From: Octopus sinensis
Lineage: Eukaryota
Assembly (NCBI RefSeq): GCF_006345805.1
Contig: NC_043015.1
Coordinates: forward strand, 31,682,001 to 31,746,000
Length of the DNA: 64,000 bases
Direction of reading: 5' to 3'
Shown here: piece by piece, positions 12,715 to 26,853 of the stretch
Layout of the letters: each line of letters opens with the position of its first letter
How positions within the stretch are numbered: the first letter of the stretch is position 1
Program-made: the position numbers and the translations under genes
Notes under the pieces: generated by a model
Told to the model about the DNA's origin: nothing
What the model saw: only the letters and a program-made list of their open reading frames with translations
The model's database searches: none

Positions 12715-15700
12715 CCTGTCGAACAAGGAGGGCTGAGATATGTGGTGCAAGAAGACCTGGCCACCACAACAGAATTGAGATCCTAAAACCAAGGTGCCAC
12801 GTAAAATGCACCCAGTACACCCTGTCAAACAAGGAGGGCTGAGATATGTGGTGCAAGAAGACCTGGCCACCACAACAGAACTGAGACCCTAAAACCAAGG
12901 TGCCACGTAAAATGCACCCAGTACACCCTGTCGAACAAGGAGGGCTGAGATATGTGGTGCAAGAAGACCTGGCCACCACAACAGAATTGAGATCCTAAAA
13001 CCAAGGTGCCACGTAAAATGCACCCAGTACACCCTGTCAAACAAGGAGGGCTGAGATATGTGGTGCAAGAAGACCTGGCCACCAGAACAGAATTGAGATC
13101 CTAAAACCAAGGTGCCACGTAAAATGCACCCAGTACACCCTGTCGAACAAGGAGGGCTGAGATATGTGGTGCAAGAAGACCTGGCCACCACAACAGAATT
13201 GAGATCCTAAAACCAAGGTGCCACGTAAAATGCACCCAGTACACCCTGTCAAACAAGGAGGGCTGAGATATGTGGTGCAAGAAGACCTGGCCACCACAAC
13301 AGAATTGAGATCCTAAAACCAAGGTGCCACGTAAAATGCACCCAGTACACCCTGTCAAACAAGGAGGGCTGAGATATGTGGTGCAAGAAGACCTGGCCAC
13401 CACAACAGAATTGAGATCCTAAAACCAAGGTGCCACGTAAAATGCACCCAGTACACCCTGTCAAACAAGGAGGGCTGAGATATGTGGTGCAAGAAGACCT
13501 GGCCACCACAACAGAATTGAGATCCTACAACCAAGGTGCCACGTAAAATGCACCCAGTACACCCTGTCGAACAAGGAGGGCTGAGATATGTGGTGCAAGA
13601 AGACCTGGCCACCACAACAGAATTGAGATCCTAAAACCAAGGTGCCACGTAAAATGCACCCAGTACACCCTGTCAAACAAGGAGGGCTGAGATATGTGGT
13701 GCAAGAAGACCTGGCCACCACAACAGAACTGAGACCCTAAAACCAAGGTGCCACGTAAAATGCACCCAGTACACCCTGTCAATCAAGGAGGGCCGAGATA
13801 TGTGGTGCAAGAAGACCTGGCCACCACAACAGAATTGAGATCCTAAAACCAAGGTGCCACGTAAAATGCACCCAGTACACCCTGTCAAACAAGGAGGGCT
13901 GAGATATGTGGTGCAAGAAGACCTGGCCACCACAACAGAACTGAGACCCTAAAACCAAGGTGCCATGTAAAATGCACCCAGTACACCCTGTCAATCAAGG
14001 AGGGCCGAGATATGTGGTGCAAGAAGACCTGGCCACCACAACAGAACTGAGACCCTAAAACCAAGGTGCCACGTAAAATGCACCCAGTACACCCTGTCAA
14101 TCAAGGAGGGCTGAGATATGTGGTGCAAGAAGACCTGGCCACCACAACAGAACTGAGACCCTAAAACCAAGGTGCCACGTAAAATGCACCCAGTACACCC
14201 TGTCAATCAAGGAGGGCTGAGATATGTGGTGCAAGAAGACCTGGCCACCACAACAGAATTGAGATCCTAAAACCAAGGTGCCACGTAAAATGCACCCATA
14301 CACCCTGTCAAACAAGGAGGGCTGAGATATGTGGTGCAAGAAGACCTGGCCACCACAACAGAACTGAGACCCTAAAACCAAGGTGCCACGTAAAATGCAC
14401 CCAGTACACCCTGTCAATCAAGGAGGGCTGAGATATGTGGTGCAAGAAGACCTGGCCACCAAACAGAATTGAGATCCTAAAACCAAGGTGCCACGTAAAA
14501 TGCACCCAGTACACCCTGTCAATCAAGGAGGGCTGAGATATGTGGTGCAAGAAGACCTGGCCACCACAACAGAACTGAGACCTAAAACCAAGGTGCCACG
14601 TAAAATGCACCCAGTACACCCTGTCAACAAGGAGGGCTGAGATATGTGGTGCAAGAAGACCTGGCCACCACAACAGAATTGAGATCCTAAAACCAAGGTG
14701 CCACGTAAAATGCACCCAGTACACACCTGTCAAACAAGGAGGGCTGAGATATGTGGTGCAAGAAGACCTGGCCACCACAACAGAATGAGACCTAAAACCA
14801 AGGTGCCATGTAAAATGCACCCAGTACACCCTGTCAATCAAGGAGGGCTGAGATATGTGGTGCAAGAAGACCTGGCCACCACAACAGAACTGAGACCCTA
14901 AAACCAAGGTGCCACGTAAAATGCACCCAGTACACCCTGTCAATCAAGGAGGGCTGAGATATGTGGTGCAAGAAGACCTGGCCACCACAACAGAATTGAG
15001 ATCCTAAAACCAAGGTGCCACGTAAAATGCACCCAGTACACCCTGTCAAACAAGGAGGGCTGAGATATGTGGTGCAAGAAGACCTGGCCACCACAACAGA
15101 ACTGAGACCCTAAAACCAAGGTGCCACGTAAAATGCACCCAGTACACCCTGTCAATCAAGGAGGGCTGAGATATGTGGTGCAAGAAGACCTGGCCACCAC
15201 AACAGAATTGAGACCCTAAAACCAAGGTGCCATGTAAAATGCACCCAGTACACCCTGTCAAACAAGGAGGGCTGAGATATGTGGTGCAAGAAGACCTGGC
15301 CACCACAACAGAATTGAGATCCTAAAACCAAGGTGCCACGTAAAATGCACCCAGTACACCCTGTCAAACAAGGAGGGCTGAGATATGTGGTGCAAGAAGA
15401 CCTGGCCACCACAACAGAATTGAGATCCTAAAACCAAGGTGCCACGTAAAATGCACCCAGTACACCCTGTCAAACAAGGAGGGCTGAGATATGTGGTGCA
15501 AGAAGACCTGGCCACCACAACAGAATTGAGATCCTACAACCAAGGTGCCACGTAAAATGCACCCAGTACACCCTGTCAATCAAGGAGGGCTGAGATATGT
15601 GGTGCAAGAAGACCTGGCCACCACAACAGAATTGAGACCCTAAAACCAAGGTGCCACGTAAAATGCACCCAGTACACCCTGTCAAACAAGGAGGGCTGAG

Positions 15701-18700
15701 ATATGTGGTGCAAGAAGACCTGGCCACCACAACAGAATTGAGATCCTAAAACCAAGGTGCCACGTAAAATGCACCCAGTACACCCTGTCAATCAAGGAGG
15801 GCTGAGATATGTGGTGCAAGAAGACCTGGCCACCACAACAGAATTGAGACCCTAAAACCAAGGTGCCACGTAAAATGCACCCAGTACACCGTCAAACAAG
15901 GAGGGCTGAGATATGTGGTGCAAGAAGACCTGGCCACCACAACAGAATTGAGATCCTAAAACCAAGGTGCCACGTAAAATGCACCAGTACACCCTGTCAA
16001 TCAAGGAGGGCTGAGATATGTGGTGCAAGAAGACCTGGCCACCACAACAGAATTGAGACCCTAAAACCAAGGTGCCACGTAAAATGCACCCAGTACACCT
16101 GTCAACAAGGAGGGCTGAGATATGTGGTGCAAGAAGACCTGGCCACCACAACAGAATTGAGATCCTAAAACCAAGGTGCCATGTAAAATGCACCCAGTAC
16201 ACCCTGTCAAACAAGGAGGGCTGAGATATGTGGTGCAAGAAGACCTGGCCACCACAACAGAATTGAGATCCTAAAACCAAGGTGCCACGTAAATTGCACC
16301 CAGTACACCCTGTCAAACAAGGAGGGCTGAGATATGTGGTGCAAGAAGACCTGGCCACCACAACAGAATTGAGATCCTAAAACCAAGGTGCCACGTAAAA
16401 TGCACCCAGTACACCCTGTCAAACAAGGAGGGCTGAGATATGTGGTGCAAGAAGACCTGGCCACCACAACAGAATTGAGATCCTAAAACCAAGGTGCCAC
16501 GTAAAATGCACCCAGTACACCCTGTCAAACAAGGAGGGCTGAGATATGTGGTGCAAGAAGACCTGGCCACCACAACAGAATTGAGATCCTAAAACCAAGG
16601 TGCCACGTAAAATGCACCCAGTACACCCTGTCAAACAAGGAGGGCTGAGATATGTGGTGCAAGAAGACCTGGCCACCACAACAGAATTGAGATCCTAAAA
16701 CCAAGGTGCCACGTAAAATGCACCCAGTACACCCTGTCAATCAAGGAGGGCTGAGATATGTGGTGCAAGAAGACCTGGCACCACAACAGAATTGAGACCC
16801 TAAAACCAAGGTGCCACGTAAAATGCACCCAGTACACCCTGTCAAACAAGGAGGGCTGAGATATGTGGTGCAAGAAGACCTGGCCACCACAACAGAATTG
16901 AGATCCTAAAACCAAGGTGCCATGTAAAATGCACCCAGTACACCCTGTCAATCAAGGAGGGCTGAGATATGTGGTGCAAGAAGACCTGGCCACCACAACA
17001 GAATTGAGACCCTAAAACCAAGGTGCCACGTAAAATGCACCCAGTACACCCTGTCGAACAAGGAGGGCTGAGATATGTGGTGCAAGAAGACCTGGCCACC
17101 ACAACAGAATTGAGATCCTAAAACCAAGGTGCCACATAAAATGCACCCAGTACACCCTGTCAAACAAGGAGGGCTGAGATATGTGGTGCAAGAGAGACCT
17201 GCCACCACAACAGAATTGAGATCCTAAAACCAAGGTGCCACGTAAAATGCACCCAGTACAACCCTGTCAATCAAGGAGGGCTGAGATATGTGGTGCAAGA
17301 AGACCTGGCCACCACAACAGAATTGAGACCCTAAAACCAAGGTGACCTAAAAATGCACCCAGTACAACCTGTCAAACAAGGAGGGCTGAGATATGTGGTG
17401 CAAGAAGACCTGGCCACCACACAGAATTGAGATCCTAAAACCAAGGTGCCACGTAAAATGCACCCAGTACAACCTGTCGAACAGGAGGGCTGATTATGTG
17501 TTGCAAGAAGACCTGGCCACCACAACAGAATTGAGACCCTAAAACAAGGTGCCACGTAAAATGCACCCAGTACACCCTGTCAAACAAGGAGGGCTGAGAT
17601 ATGTGGTGCAAGAAGACCTGGCCACCACAACAGAATTGAGACCCTAAAACCAAGGTGCCACGTAAAATGCACCCAGTACACCCTGTCAAACAAGGAGGGC
17701 TGAGATATGTGGTGCAAGAAGACCTGGCCACCACAACAGAATTGAGATCCTAAAACCAAGGTGCCACGTAAAATGCACCCAGTACACCCTGTCAATCAAG
17801 GAGGGCTGAGATATGTGGTGCAAGAAGACCTGGCCACCACAACAGAATTGAGACCCTAAAACCAAGGTGCCACGTAAAATGCACCCAGTACACACCCTGT
17901 CAAACAAGGAGGGCTGAGATATGTGTGCAAGAAGACCTGGCCCCACAACAGAATTGAGACCCTAAAACCAAGGTGCCACGTAAAATGCACCCCTACACAC
18001 CCTGTCAATCAAGGAGGGCTGAGATATGTGGTGCAAGAAGACCTGGCCACCACAACAGAATGAGACCCTAAAACCAAGGTGCCACGTAAATGCCCCAGTA
18101 CACCCTGTCAATCAAGGAGGGCTGAGATATGTGGTGCAAGAAGACCTGGCCACCACAACAGAATTGAGACCCTAAAACCAAGGTGCCACGTAAAATGCCC
18201 CAGTACACCCTGTCAACAAGGAGGGCTGAGATATGTGGTGCAAGAAGACCTGGCCACCACAACAGAATTGAGATCCTAAAACCAAGGTGCCACGTAAAAT
18301 GCACCCAGTACACCCTGTCAATCAAGGAGGCTGAGATATGTGGTGCAAGAAGACCTGGCCACCACAACAGAATTGAGACCCTAAAACCAAGGTGCCACGT
18401 AAAATGCACCCAGTACACCCTGTCAAACAAGGAGGGCTGAGATATGTGGTGCAAGAAGACCTGGCCACCACAACAGAATTGAGACCCTAAAACCAAGGTG
18501 CCACGTAAAATGCACCCAGTACACCCTGTCAAACAAGGAGGGCTGAGATATGTGGTGCAAGAAGACCTGGCCACCACAACAGAATTGAGATCCTAAAACC
18601 AAGGTGCCATGTAAAATGCACCCAGTACACCCTGTCAATCAAGGAGGGCTGAGATATGTGGTGCAAGAAGACCTGGCCACCACAACAGAATTGAGACCCT

Positions 18701-21590
18701 AAAACCAAGGTGCCACGTAAAATGCACCCAGTACACCCTGTCAATCAAGGAGGGCTGAGATATGTGGTGCAAGAAGACCTGGCCACCACAACAGAATTGA
18801 GACCCTAAAACCAAGGTGCCATGTAAAATGCACCCAGTACACCCTGTCAAACAAGGAGGGCTGAGATATGTGGTGCAAGAAGACCTGGCCACCACAACAG
18901 AATTGAGATCCTAAAACAAGGTGCCACGTAAAATGCACCCAGTACACCCTGTCAAACAAGGAGGGCTGAGATATGTGGTGCAAGAAGACCTGGCCACCAC
19001 AACAGAATTGAGATCCTAAAACCAAGGTGCCACGTAAAATGCACCCAGTACACCCTGTCAAACAAGAGGGCTGAGATATGTGGTGCAAGAAGACCTGGCC
19101 ACCACAACAGAATTGAGATCCTAACCAGGTGCCACGTAAAATGCACCCAGTACACCCTGTCAATCAGGAGAGGCTGAGATATGTGGTGCAAGAAGACCTG
19201 GCCACAAACAGAATTGAGACCCTAAAACCAAGGTGCCACGTAAAATGCACCCAGTACACCCTGTCAAACAAGGAGGGCTGAGATATGTGGTGCAAGAAGA
19301 CCTGGCCACCACAACAGAATTGAGATCCTAAAACCAAGGTGCCATGTAAAATGCACCCAGTACACCCTGTCAATCAAGGAGGGCTGAGATATGTGGTGCA
19401 AGAAGACCTGGCCACCACCACAGAATTGAGACCCTAAAACCAAGGTGCCACGTAAAATGCACCCAGTACACCGTCAAACAAGGAGGGCTGAGATATGTGG
19501 TGCAAGAAGACCTGGCCACCACAACAGAATTGAGATCCTAAAACCAAGGTGCCACGTAAAATGCACCCAGTACACCCTGTCAATCAAGGAGGGCTGAGAT
19601 ATGTGGTGCAAGAAGACCTGGCCACCACAACAGAATTGAGACCCTAAAACCAAGGTGCCACGTAAAATGCACCCAGTACACCCTGTCAAACAAGGAGGGC
19701 TGAGATATGTGGTGCAAGAAGACCTGGCCACCACAACAGAATTGAGACCCTAAAACCAAGGTGCCACGTAAAATGCACCCAGTACACCCTGTCAAACAAG
19801 GAGGGCTGAGATATGTGGTGCAAGAAGACCTGGCCACCACAACAGAATTGAGATCCTAAAACCAAGGTGCCATGTAAAATGCACCCAGTACACCCTGTCA
19901 AACAAGGGGGCTGAGATATGTGGTGCAAGAAGACCTGGCCACCACAACAGAATTGAGATCCTAAAACCAAGGTGCCACGTAAAATGCACCCAGTACACCC
20001 TGTCAAACAAGGAGGGCTGAGATATGTGGTGCAAGAAGACCTGGCCACCACAACAGAATTGAGATCCTAAAACCAAGGTGCCACGTAAAATGCACCCAGT
20101 ACACCCTGTCAAACAAGGAGGGCTGAGATATGTGGTGCAAGAAGACCTGGCCACCACAACACAACAGAATTGAGATCCTAAAACCAAGGTCCCACGTAAA
20201 ATGCACCCAGTACACCCTGTCAAACAAGGAGGGCTGAGATATGTGGTGCAAGAAGACCTGGCCACCACAAAAGAATTGAGATCCTAAAACCAAGGTGCCA
20301 CGTAAAATGCACCCAGTACACCCTGTCAAACATGAGGGCTGAGATATGTGTGCAAGAAGACCTGGCCACCACAACAGAATTGAGATCCTAAAACCAAGGT
20401 GCCACGTAAAATGCACCCAGTACACCCTGTCAATCAAGGAGGGCTGAGATATGTGGTGCAAGAAGACCTGGCACCACAACAGAATTGAGACCCTAAAACC
20501 AGGTGCCACGTAAAATGCACCCAGTACACACCCTGTCAAACAAGGAGGCTGAGATATGTGGTGCAAGAAGACCTGGCCACCACAACAGAATTGAGATCCT
20601 AAAACCAAGGTGCCATGTAAAATGCACCCAGTACACCCTGTCAATCAAGGAGGGCTGAGATATGTGGTGCAAGAAGACCTGGCCACCACAACAGAATTGA
20701 GACCCTAAAACCAAGGTGCCACGTAAAATGCACCCAGTACACCCTGTCGAACAAGGAGGGCTGAGATATGTGGTGCAAGAAGACCTGCCACCACAACAGA
20801 ATGAGATCCTAAAACCAAGGTGCCACGTAAAATGCCCAGTACACCCTGTCAATCAAGGAGGGCTGAGATATGTGGTGCAAGAAGACCTGGCCACCACAAC
20901 AGAATTGAGACCCTAAAACCAAGGTGCCACGTAAAATGCACCCAGTACACCCTGTCAAACAAGGAGGGCTGAGATATGTGGTGCAAGAAGACCTGGCCAC
21001 CACACAACAGAATTGAGACCCTAAAACCAGGTGCCACGTAAAATGCACCCAGTACACCCTGTCAAACAAGGAGGGCTGAGATATGTGGTGCAAGAAGACC
21101 TGGCCACCACAACAATTGAGATCCTAAAACCAAGGTGCCATGTAAAATGCACCCAGTACACCCTGTCAATCAGGAGGGCTGAGATATGTGGTGCAAGAAG
21201 ACCTGGCCACCACAACAGAATTGAGACCCTAAAACCAAGGTGCCACGTAAAATGCACCCAGTACACACCCTGTCAACAAGGAATGCTGAGATATGTGGTG
21301 CAAGAAGACCTGGCCACCACAACAGAATTGAGACCCTAAAACCAAGGTGCCACGTAAAATGCACCCAGTACACCCTGTCAAACAAGGAGGGCTGAGATAT
21401 GTGGTGCAAGAAGACCTGGCCACCACAACAGAATTGAGACCCTAAAACCAAGGTGCCACGTAAAATGCACCCAGTACACCCTGTCAAACAAGGAGGGCTG
21501 AGATATGTGGTGCAAGAAGACCTGGCCACCACAACAGAATTGAGACCCTAAAGCCAAGGTGCCACGTAAAATGTACCCAGGACACCCTGT
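12715..21590. repeat. 106-bp tandem repeat array (~84 copies) in the last coding intron of PAK
   Basis: Unit cctgtcaaacaaggagggctgagatatgtggtgcaagaagacctggccaccacaacagaattgagatcctaaaaccaaggtgccacgtaaaatgcacccagtacac; the 106 period is also visible in the ORF-track offsets. Confidence 0.98.
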
Positions 21591-21740
21591 GGAATGGTTG
21601 GCATTAGGAAAGGCATCCAGCTGTAGAAACCAAACCCAAAACAGACTATGGAACGTGGTTCAGCCCCTGGCTTTGCCAACTCTTGTCATGCCATCAAACC
21701 CATGTCAGCATGGATAGTAGTTGTTAAATGATGATGATTA
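21591..21740 (+). mobile_element. Family C RTE 3' end contiguous with the last array unit
   Basis: ggaatggttggcattaggaaaggcatccagctgtagaaac..catgtcagcatgg..ttaaatgatgatg. Confidence 0.85.
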
Positions 21741-21747
21741 CATATAT

Positions 21748-21980
21748 ATTTCTTTATTATCCACAAGAGGCTAAACACAGAGGGGACAAACAAGGACAGA
21801 CAAAGAGATCAAGTCGATTACATCGACCCCACTGCGCAACTGGTACTTAATTTATCGACCCCGATAGGATGAAAGGCAAAGTCGACCTCGGCGGAATTTG
21901 AACTCACAACGTAACGGCAGATGAAATACGGCTGTGCATTTCGCCCACCGTGCTAACGTTTCTGCCAGCTCGCCACCTTT
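21748..21980 (-). mobile_element. tRNA-derived SINE (family B)
   Basis: Minus strand aaggtggcgagctggcagaaacgttagc..gagttcaaattccgccgaggtcgactttgcctttcatcc..ggggtcgataaattaagtaccag; further copies at ~25015, 36420, 38020, 42265, 44515, 47815. Confidence 0.85.
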
Positions 21981-22096
21981 GATGATTACATATATATATA
22001 AACAAGGTCTGGAACATTTTGGCAGTGCTGGTATAAAAGGGGTCAGGAGGGGGGGGGTGATGTGAGGGGGAAATAATTAGATAAAGGAGTTGTTAC

Positions 22097-22234
22097 CTTA
22101 AGTAATTCTGATGCTGATGCCCGTTTATCAACATCAACCTCCAAACATTTGTCCAAGAAATCCTGGAAGACCGGTGACAACTTGTGTTTCTCTTTGATTT
22201 CTGGTTTACCATTTGTTGCTATTAAGTACAGTGC
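22097..22234 (-). CDS. PAK1: PAK exon, kinase subdomains X-XI
   Basis: ttcccag|..|gtaaca, 138 nt; [46 protein letters not shown]. Confidence 0.96.
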
Positions 22235-22419
22235 CTGGGAACGGAACAACGGTAGAAGTGTTAAGCTGGATACACAGAGAAGTGACAGCAGAAAGAAAAA
22301 GGAATAAACTGAATATGCACACTGATAAATAAGCATATATATACACTGATAAATATACATACATTGCTGAATAGACATTCATACACTTACAAATACACAC
22401 ACACGATTATACATACAGG

Positions 22420-22900
22420 GCACTTGTGCTGGTGGCACGTGAAAAAACATTTGAGCAAGGTTGTTGCCAGTGCCGCTGGACTGGCTCCTGTGCAGGTGAC
22501 ACATAAAAAGCACCATTTGAGCATGGCCGTTGCCAGTACCGCTTGACTGGCCCCCATGCCGGTGGCGTGTAAAAGCACCCACTACACTCTCAGAGTGGTT
22601 GGCGTTAGGAAGGGTATCCAGCTATAGAATCTCTGCCAGATCAGATTCGAGCCTGGTGCAGCCATCTGGTTTGCTAGATCTCAGTCAAATCGTCCAACCC
22701 ATGCTAGCATGGAAAGCGGACATTAAATGCTTGACAACCGATGGTGGTGTGTTTATGTCCCCGTAACTTAGCGGTTTGGCAAAATAGACCGATAGAATAA
22801 GTACTAAGCTTACAAAGAATAAGTCTTGGGGTCGATTTGCTTGGCTAAAGGCGGTGCTCCAGCCTGGCCGCAGTCAAATGGCTGAAACAAGTAAGAGATG
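22420..22900 (+). mobile_element. Family C RTE 3' end fused to the 3' half of a family A SINE
   Basis: Internal ggtggcacgtaaaaagcacc-type repeats and the family C core, then from ~22728 the family A tail gcttgacaaccg..ggcggtgctccagc..ctgaaacaagtaa. Confidence 0.8.
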
Positions 22901-23224
22901 AAAAAATTGAATTATCTCCCTTGGTTATTAACTTTCCATCACATATTTTCCTTGCTGTCGCCACCATCGTCATTATCAATGTTTTTAATGTGCATTTATT
23001 CATATTGATATATGCTGAATGGGTCTTCCATGTACCATTTTGTCAACAACAGCATCTGCCACTGCCGTTATGAAATGTAAAAACTCAGACACACAATAAA
23101 GCTGCAACAGAATTTGAATTCTTGACCCCATGTGATGATAATCCAGTAACTTTATCTACTCAGTCATAATGTCCTCTAAACACCAATCTTAACATACACA
23201 CACATAAATAACTGAATAACTCAC

Positions 23225-23324
23225 TCTTAAAGGATTTTCATTCAAATAAGGTGGTTCTCCTTCAATCATTTCAATAGCCATTATCCCTAAACTCCAAATA
23301 TCAACTTTTGGACCGTATTGTTTT
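23225..23324 (-). CDS. PAK1: PAK exon, kinase subdomain IX
   Basis: ccttatccag|..|gtgagt, 100 nt, phase 2 to 0; [33 protein letters not shown]. Confidence 0.97.
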
Positions 23325-23504
23325 CTGGATAAGGAAGAAGAAAAAATAAATTATTAAACATTGATATCACATCAATTTTTGAGCAATAAATTGTCCATGT
23401 AGCCTAAATATACATAAGATGAGTGTATGGATATAAATATATATATACAAAGTGGGTAGGCAAAAGTAGGTATACAGTTGCTTAATATGAGTGCAATGTT
23501 CTGT

Positions 23505-24052
23505 GCCAGTGACATGTAAAAGGCACCATTTGAGCGTGAGCGTTGCCTTACTGGCACGTGAAAAAACATTCGAGCGTGGTCGTTGCCAGTACCGCCTGAC
23601 TGGCCCCCTTGCCGGTGGCATGTAAAAGCACTCACTACACTCACGGAGTGGTTGGCGTTAGGAAGGGCATCCAGCTGTAGAAACTCTGCCAAATCAAGAT
23701 TGAAGCCTGGTGCGGCCATCTGGTTCGCCAGTCCTCAGTCAAGTCGTCCAACCCATGCTAGCATGGAAAGTGGATGTTAAACGATGATGATGATGATGAC
23801 TGCTTGTTTCATAGGTTTTACTTGTGAACCCCACTACCCAACAGTACAGTGGATATGTAAAAGCACCCGGGTGGTGCCATGTAAAAGCATCCGAAACACT
23901 CTGTGAAGTGGTTGGTGTTAGGAAGGGCTTCAAGCTGTAAAACCCATGCAAAAACCGACGGGGGTCTGATGCAGTCCCCTGATTTGCCAGCTCTGGTCAC
24001 ACCGTCCAACCCATGCCAGCATGGACAATGGACGTTAAATGATGATGATGAT
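23505..24052 (+). mobile_element. Two tandem family C RTE 3' ends
   Basis: Family C cores ending in (GAT)n at ~23783-23798 and ~24040-24052. Confidence 0.8.
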
Positions 24053-24448
24053 GTGTGTGTGTGCACGCCTGTGTTTGGGAGTACCCTTGTGGGACCTCAC
24101 AAGATGGTAGTAAACTAACATCACCATCTTACAAACAATGTAGTTTATTTCCAGTCTTCCGTGAAAAACGTGTCTAGGAGTGGGGAAATATTAGCTTGTC
24201 AAGAAAGAGGTGAGTGTTGGTGACAGGAAGAGCATCTGGCCACAGAAAAAAATCTGACTCAACAAATTCTGTCTGGCCAAAAGCAAGCATGAAAAAGTGG
24301 ACGTTGAATGATGATGATGATAATGATAATGATGATCAACCGTGCTGTTTTCGTGGAATTCTCTACTGTATTGTTTAAATATACAATTGACTTCATCTAT
24401 TCATACAACAGAGATTATAAATGAAAAAAAGAAAAAGGACTTCACTTA

Positions 24449-24583
<135 letters not shown>

Positions 24584-24654
24584 TTAGTACAAATAAACAA
24601 AACATTTTGCGTTCTTACAAATTTGTTTTTATTGATAGTGTTATTACTATGTTT

Positions 24655-25003
24655 GAAGGTACATAGCTTAGTGGTCAGGGTGTCAGGCTCACAATCATGA
24701 AGTAGTGAGTTTGATTCCTGGACCGGGCTGTGAGTTGTGTTCTTGAGCAAGACACTTTATTTCATGTTGCTCCAGTTCACTCAACTGTAGAATTGAGTTG
24801 TGATGTCACTGGTGCCAAGCTGTATCGCCCTTTGCCTTTCCCTTGGATAACATTGGTGGCATGGAGGAGGGAGGCTGGTATGCATCGGTGACTGCCGGGT
24901 TTTCCATAAACAACCTTGCTTGGACTTGTGTCTCGGAAAGTAACTTTCCAGGTGCAACCTCATGGCCATTCATGACTGAAGAGGGTTTTTACTCTTTACT
25001 CTC
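24655..25003 (+). mobile_element. tRNA-derived SINE (additional family)
   Basis: A-box-like tagcttagtggtcagg, B-box-like gtttgattcc, ttgagcaagacact core, (TTTACTC)n-like tail. Confidence 0.65.
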
Positions 25004-25537
25004 TTAGCCTACAAGGAGGTGAGTGGTCAGAATTGTTAGCGTGCTGGACGAAATGCTGAGAGGCACTTCATCTTTCTTTATGTTCAAAGTTCAAATTCCA
25101 CTGTGGTTGACTTTGCTTTTCATCCTATCGGATGTTGATAAAATAAGTACCAGGGGAACACTGGGGTTGATGTAATGGACTTAGCCCCATTCCCCAAACC
25201 TGTTAGCCTTGTGCCAAAATTTGAAACCAACAAAATTCCTTGATCTAATTATTATAAAGGCTGGCAGAATTGTTAGCATGCAGGACAAAATGCCTAGCGG
25301 TACTTTGTTTTATCTTTTATCCTTTTTGGATGAAATAAACACCAGTTGAGCACTGGGGATGATGCAATCGACGAGCCCACTCTCATAAAATTGCAGGCCT
25401 TGTGCCAAATGGAAAAGGAGTTATCTGTTGTGTTAGTCTATATTCTTTATTATGGCTACTAACTTCTAGACAATATATCTAATGTCAATGAAAATGATCA
25501 AAATATAAATTAGGTTTATCAACGAATTCCTTCATCA

Positions 25538-25714
<177 letters not shown>

Positions 25715-25889
25715 CTAGAAATAAAGAGAAAATGGCAATTATAGGATAATTATGTTCTTTTTATTTTCATTTAAAATTCAGCATAAAATACAATGACTTA
25801 TACACAAGCAAAAGATGCGTATCTTATGGGTATCTTATGGGTATGGTGATGCAAACAGGAAAACTAGAACTCTAAATATGAGTATATAC

Positions 25890-26083
25890 TCTTTACTTTA
25901 CTCTTTTACTTGTTTCAGTCAGTTGACTGTGGCCATGCTGGAGCACCGCCTTTAGTCGAGCAACTCAACTCCGGGACTTATTCTTTGTAAGCCTAGTACT
26001 TATTTTATCGGTCTCTTTTGCCGAACCGCTAAGTGACGGGGACATAAACACACCAGCATTGGTTGTCAAGCAATGCTAGGAGG

Positions 26084-26118
<35 letters not shown>

Positions 26119-26265
26119 CATATATACGACGGGCTTCTTTCAGTTTCCGTCTACCAAATCCACTCACAAGGCTTTGGTCGGCCCGAGGCTATAGTAGAAG
26201 ATACTTGCCCAAGGTGCCACGCAGTGGGACTGAATCCACTTACCACACAGCCACTCCTGCGCCTA
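25890..26265 (-). mobile_element. Near full-length family A SINE
   Basis: tRNA-like head aggcgcaggagtggctgtgtggtaag, CORE-like accttgggcaagt, central (TA)n, tail ggcggtgctccagcatggccacagtc..ctgaaacaagtaaaagagtaa. Confidence 0.88.
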
Positions 26266-26691
26266 TGTAGATGTATATTTTTTATTAATATTTAATAGAA
26301 ACAACTGACTGACAAAGGGCTGAGAGTTTTGTGCATTGGCAATTATCAAACAATAGGTGTGGGCCCTGGCCTTGCCAATTCTTTGTCAAGCTGCCCAACC
26401 CATGCCAGCATGGAAAACAGACATTAAATGCTGCTGATGATTACGTGTGTGTGTGTATACACACACACACGAATGAGTAGACAAACGAAATACATATATA
26501 TTCTGTAACATTACACAGACATACAGTAAAGGTGAGAGGGAGAGATTGTGTATGTGATGGTGCGAAAGACAGAGGGTGGAGGCAATAAAGATAGAGACAC
26601 AGAATATGAATCCCATAAAATGATAAACAATAGTGGTGTATATTGTTAGTGTGTGCATGAAGATCTAGTGTGTTAGTAATAAACCAAATCA

Positions 26692-26853
<162 letters not shown>

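Noticed and set aside
12556-21532. Dozens of Cys/His-rich ORFs (MVARSSCTTYLSPPCLTGCTGC..)
   Set aside because: Translations of the 106-bp repeat; the period is not a multiple of 3, stops recur, and it lies in a PAK intron.
12715-21590. CRISPR-like array
   Set aside because: Units are near-identical along their whole length with no unique spacers, there are no cas genes, and the context is eukaryotic.
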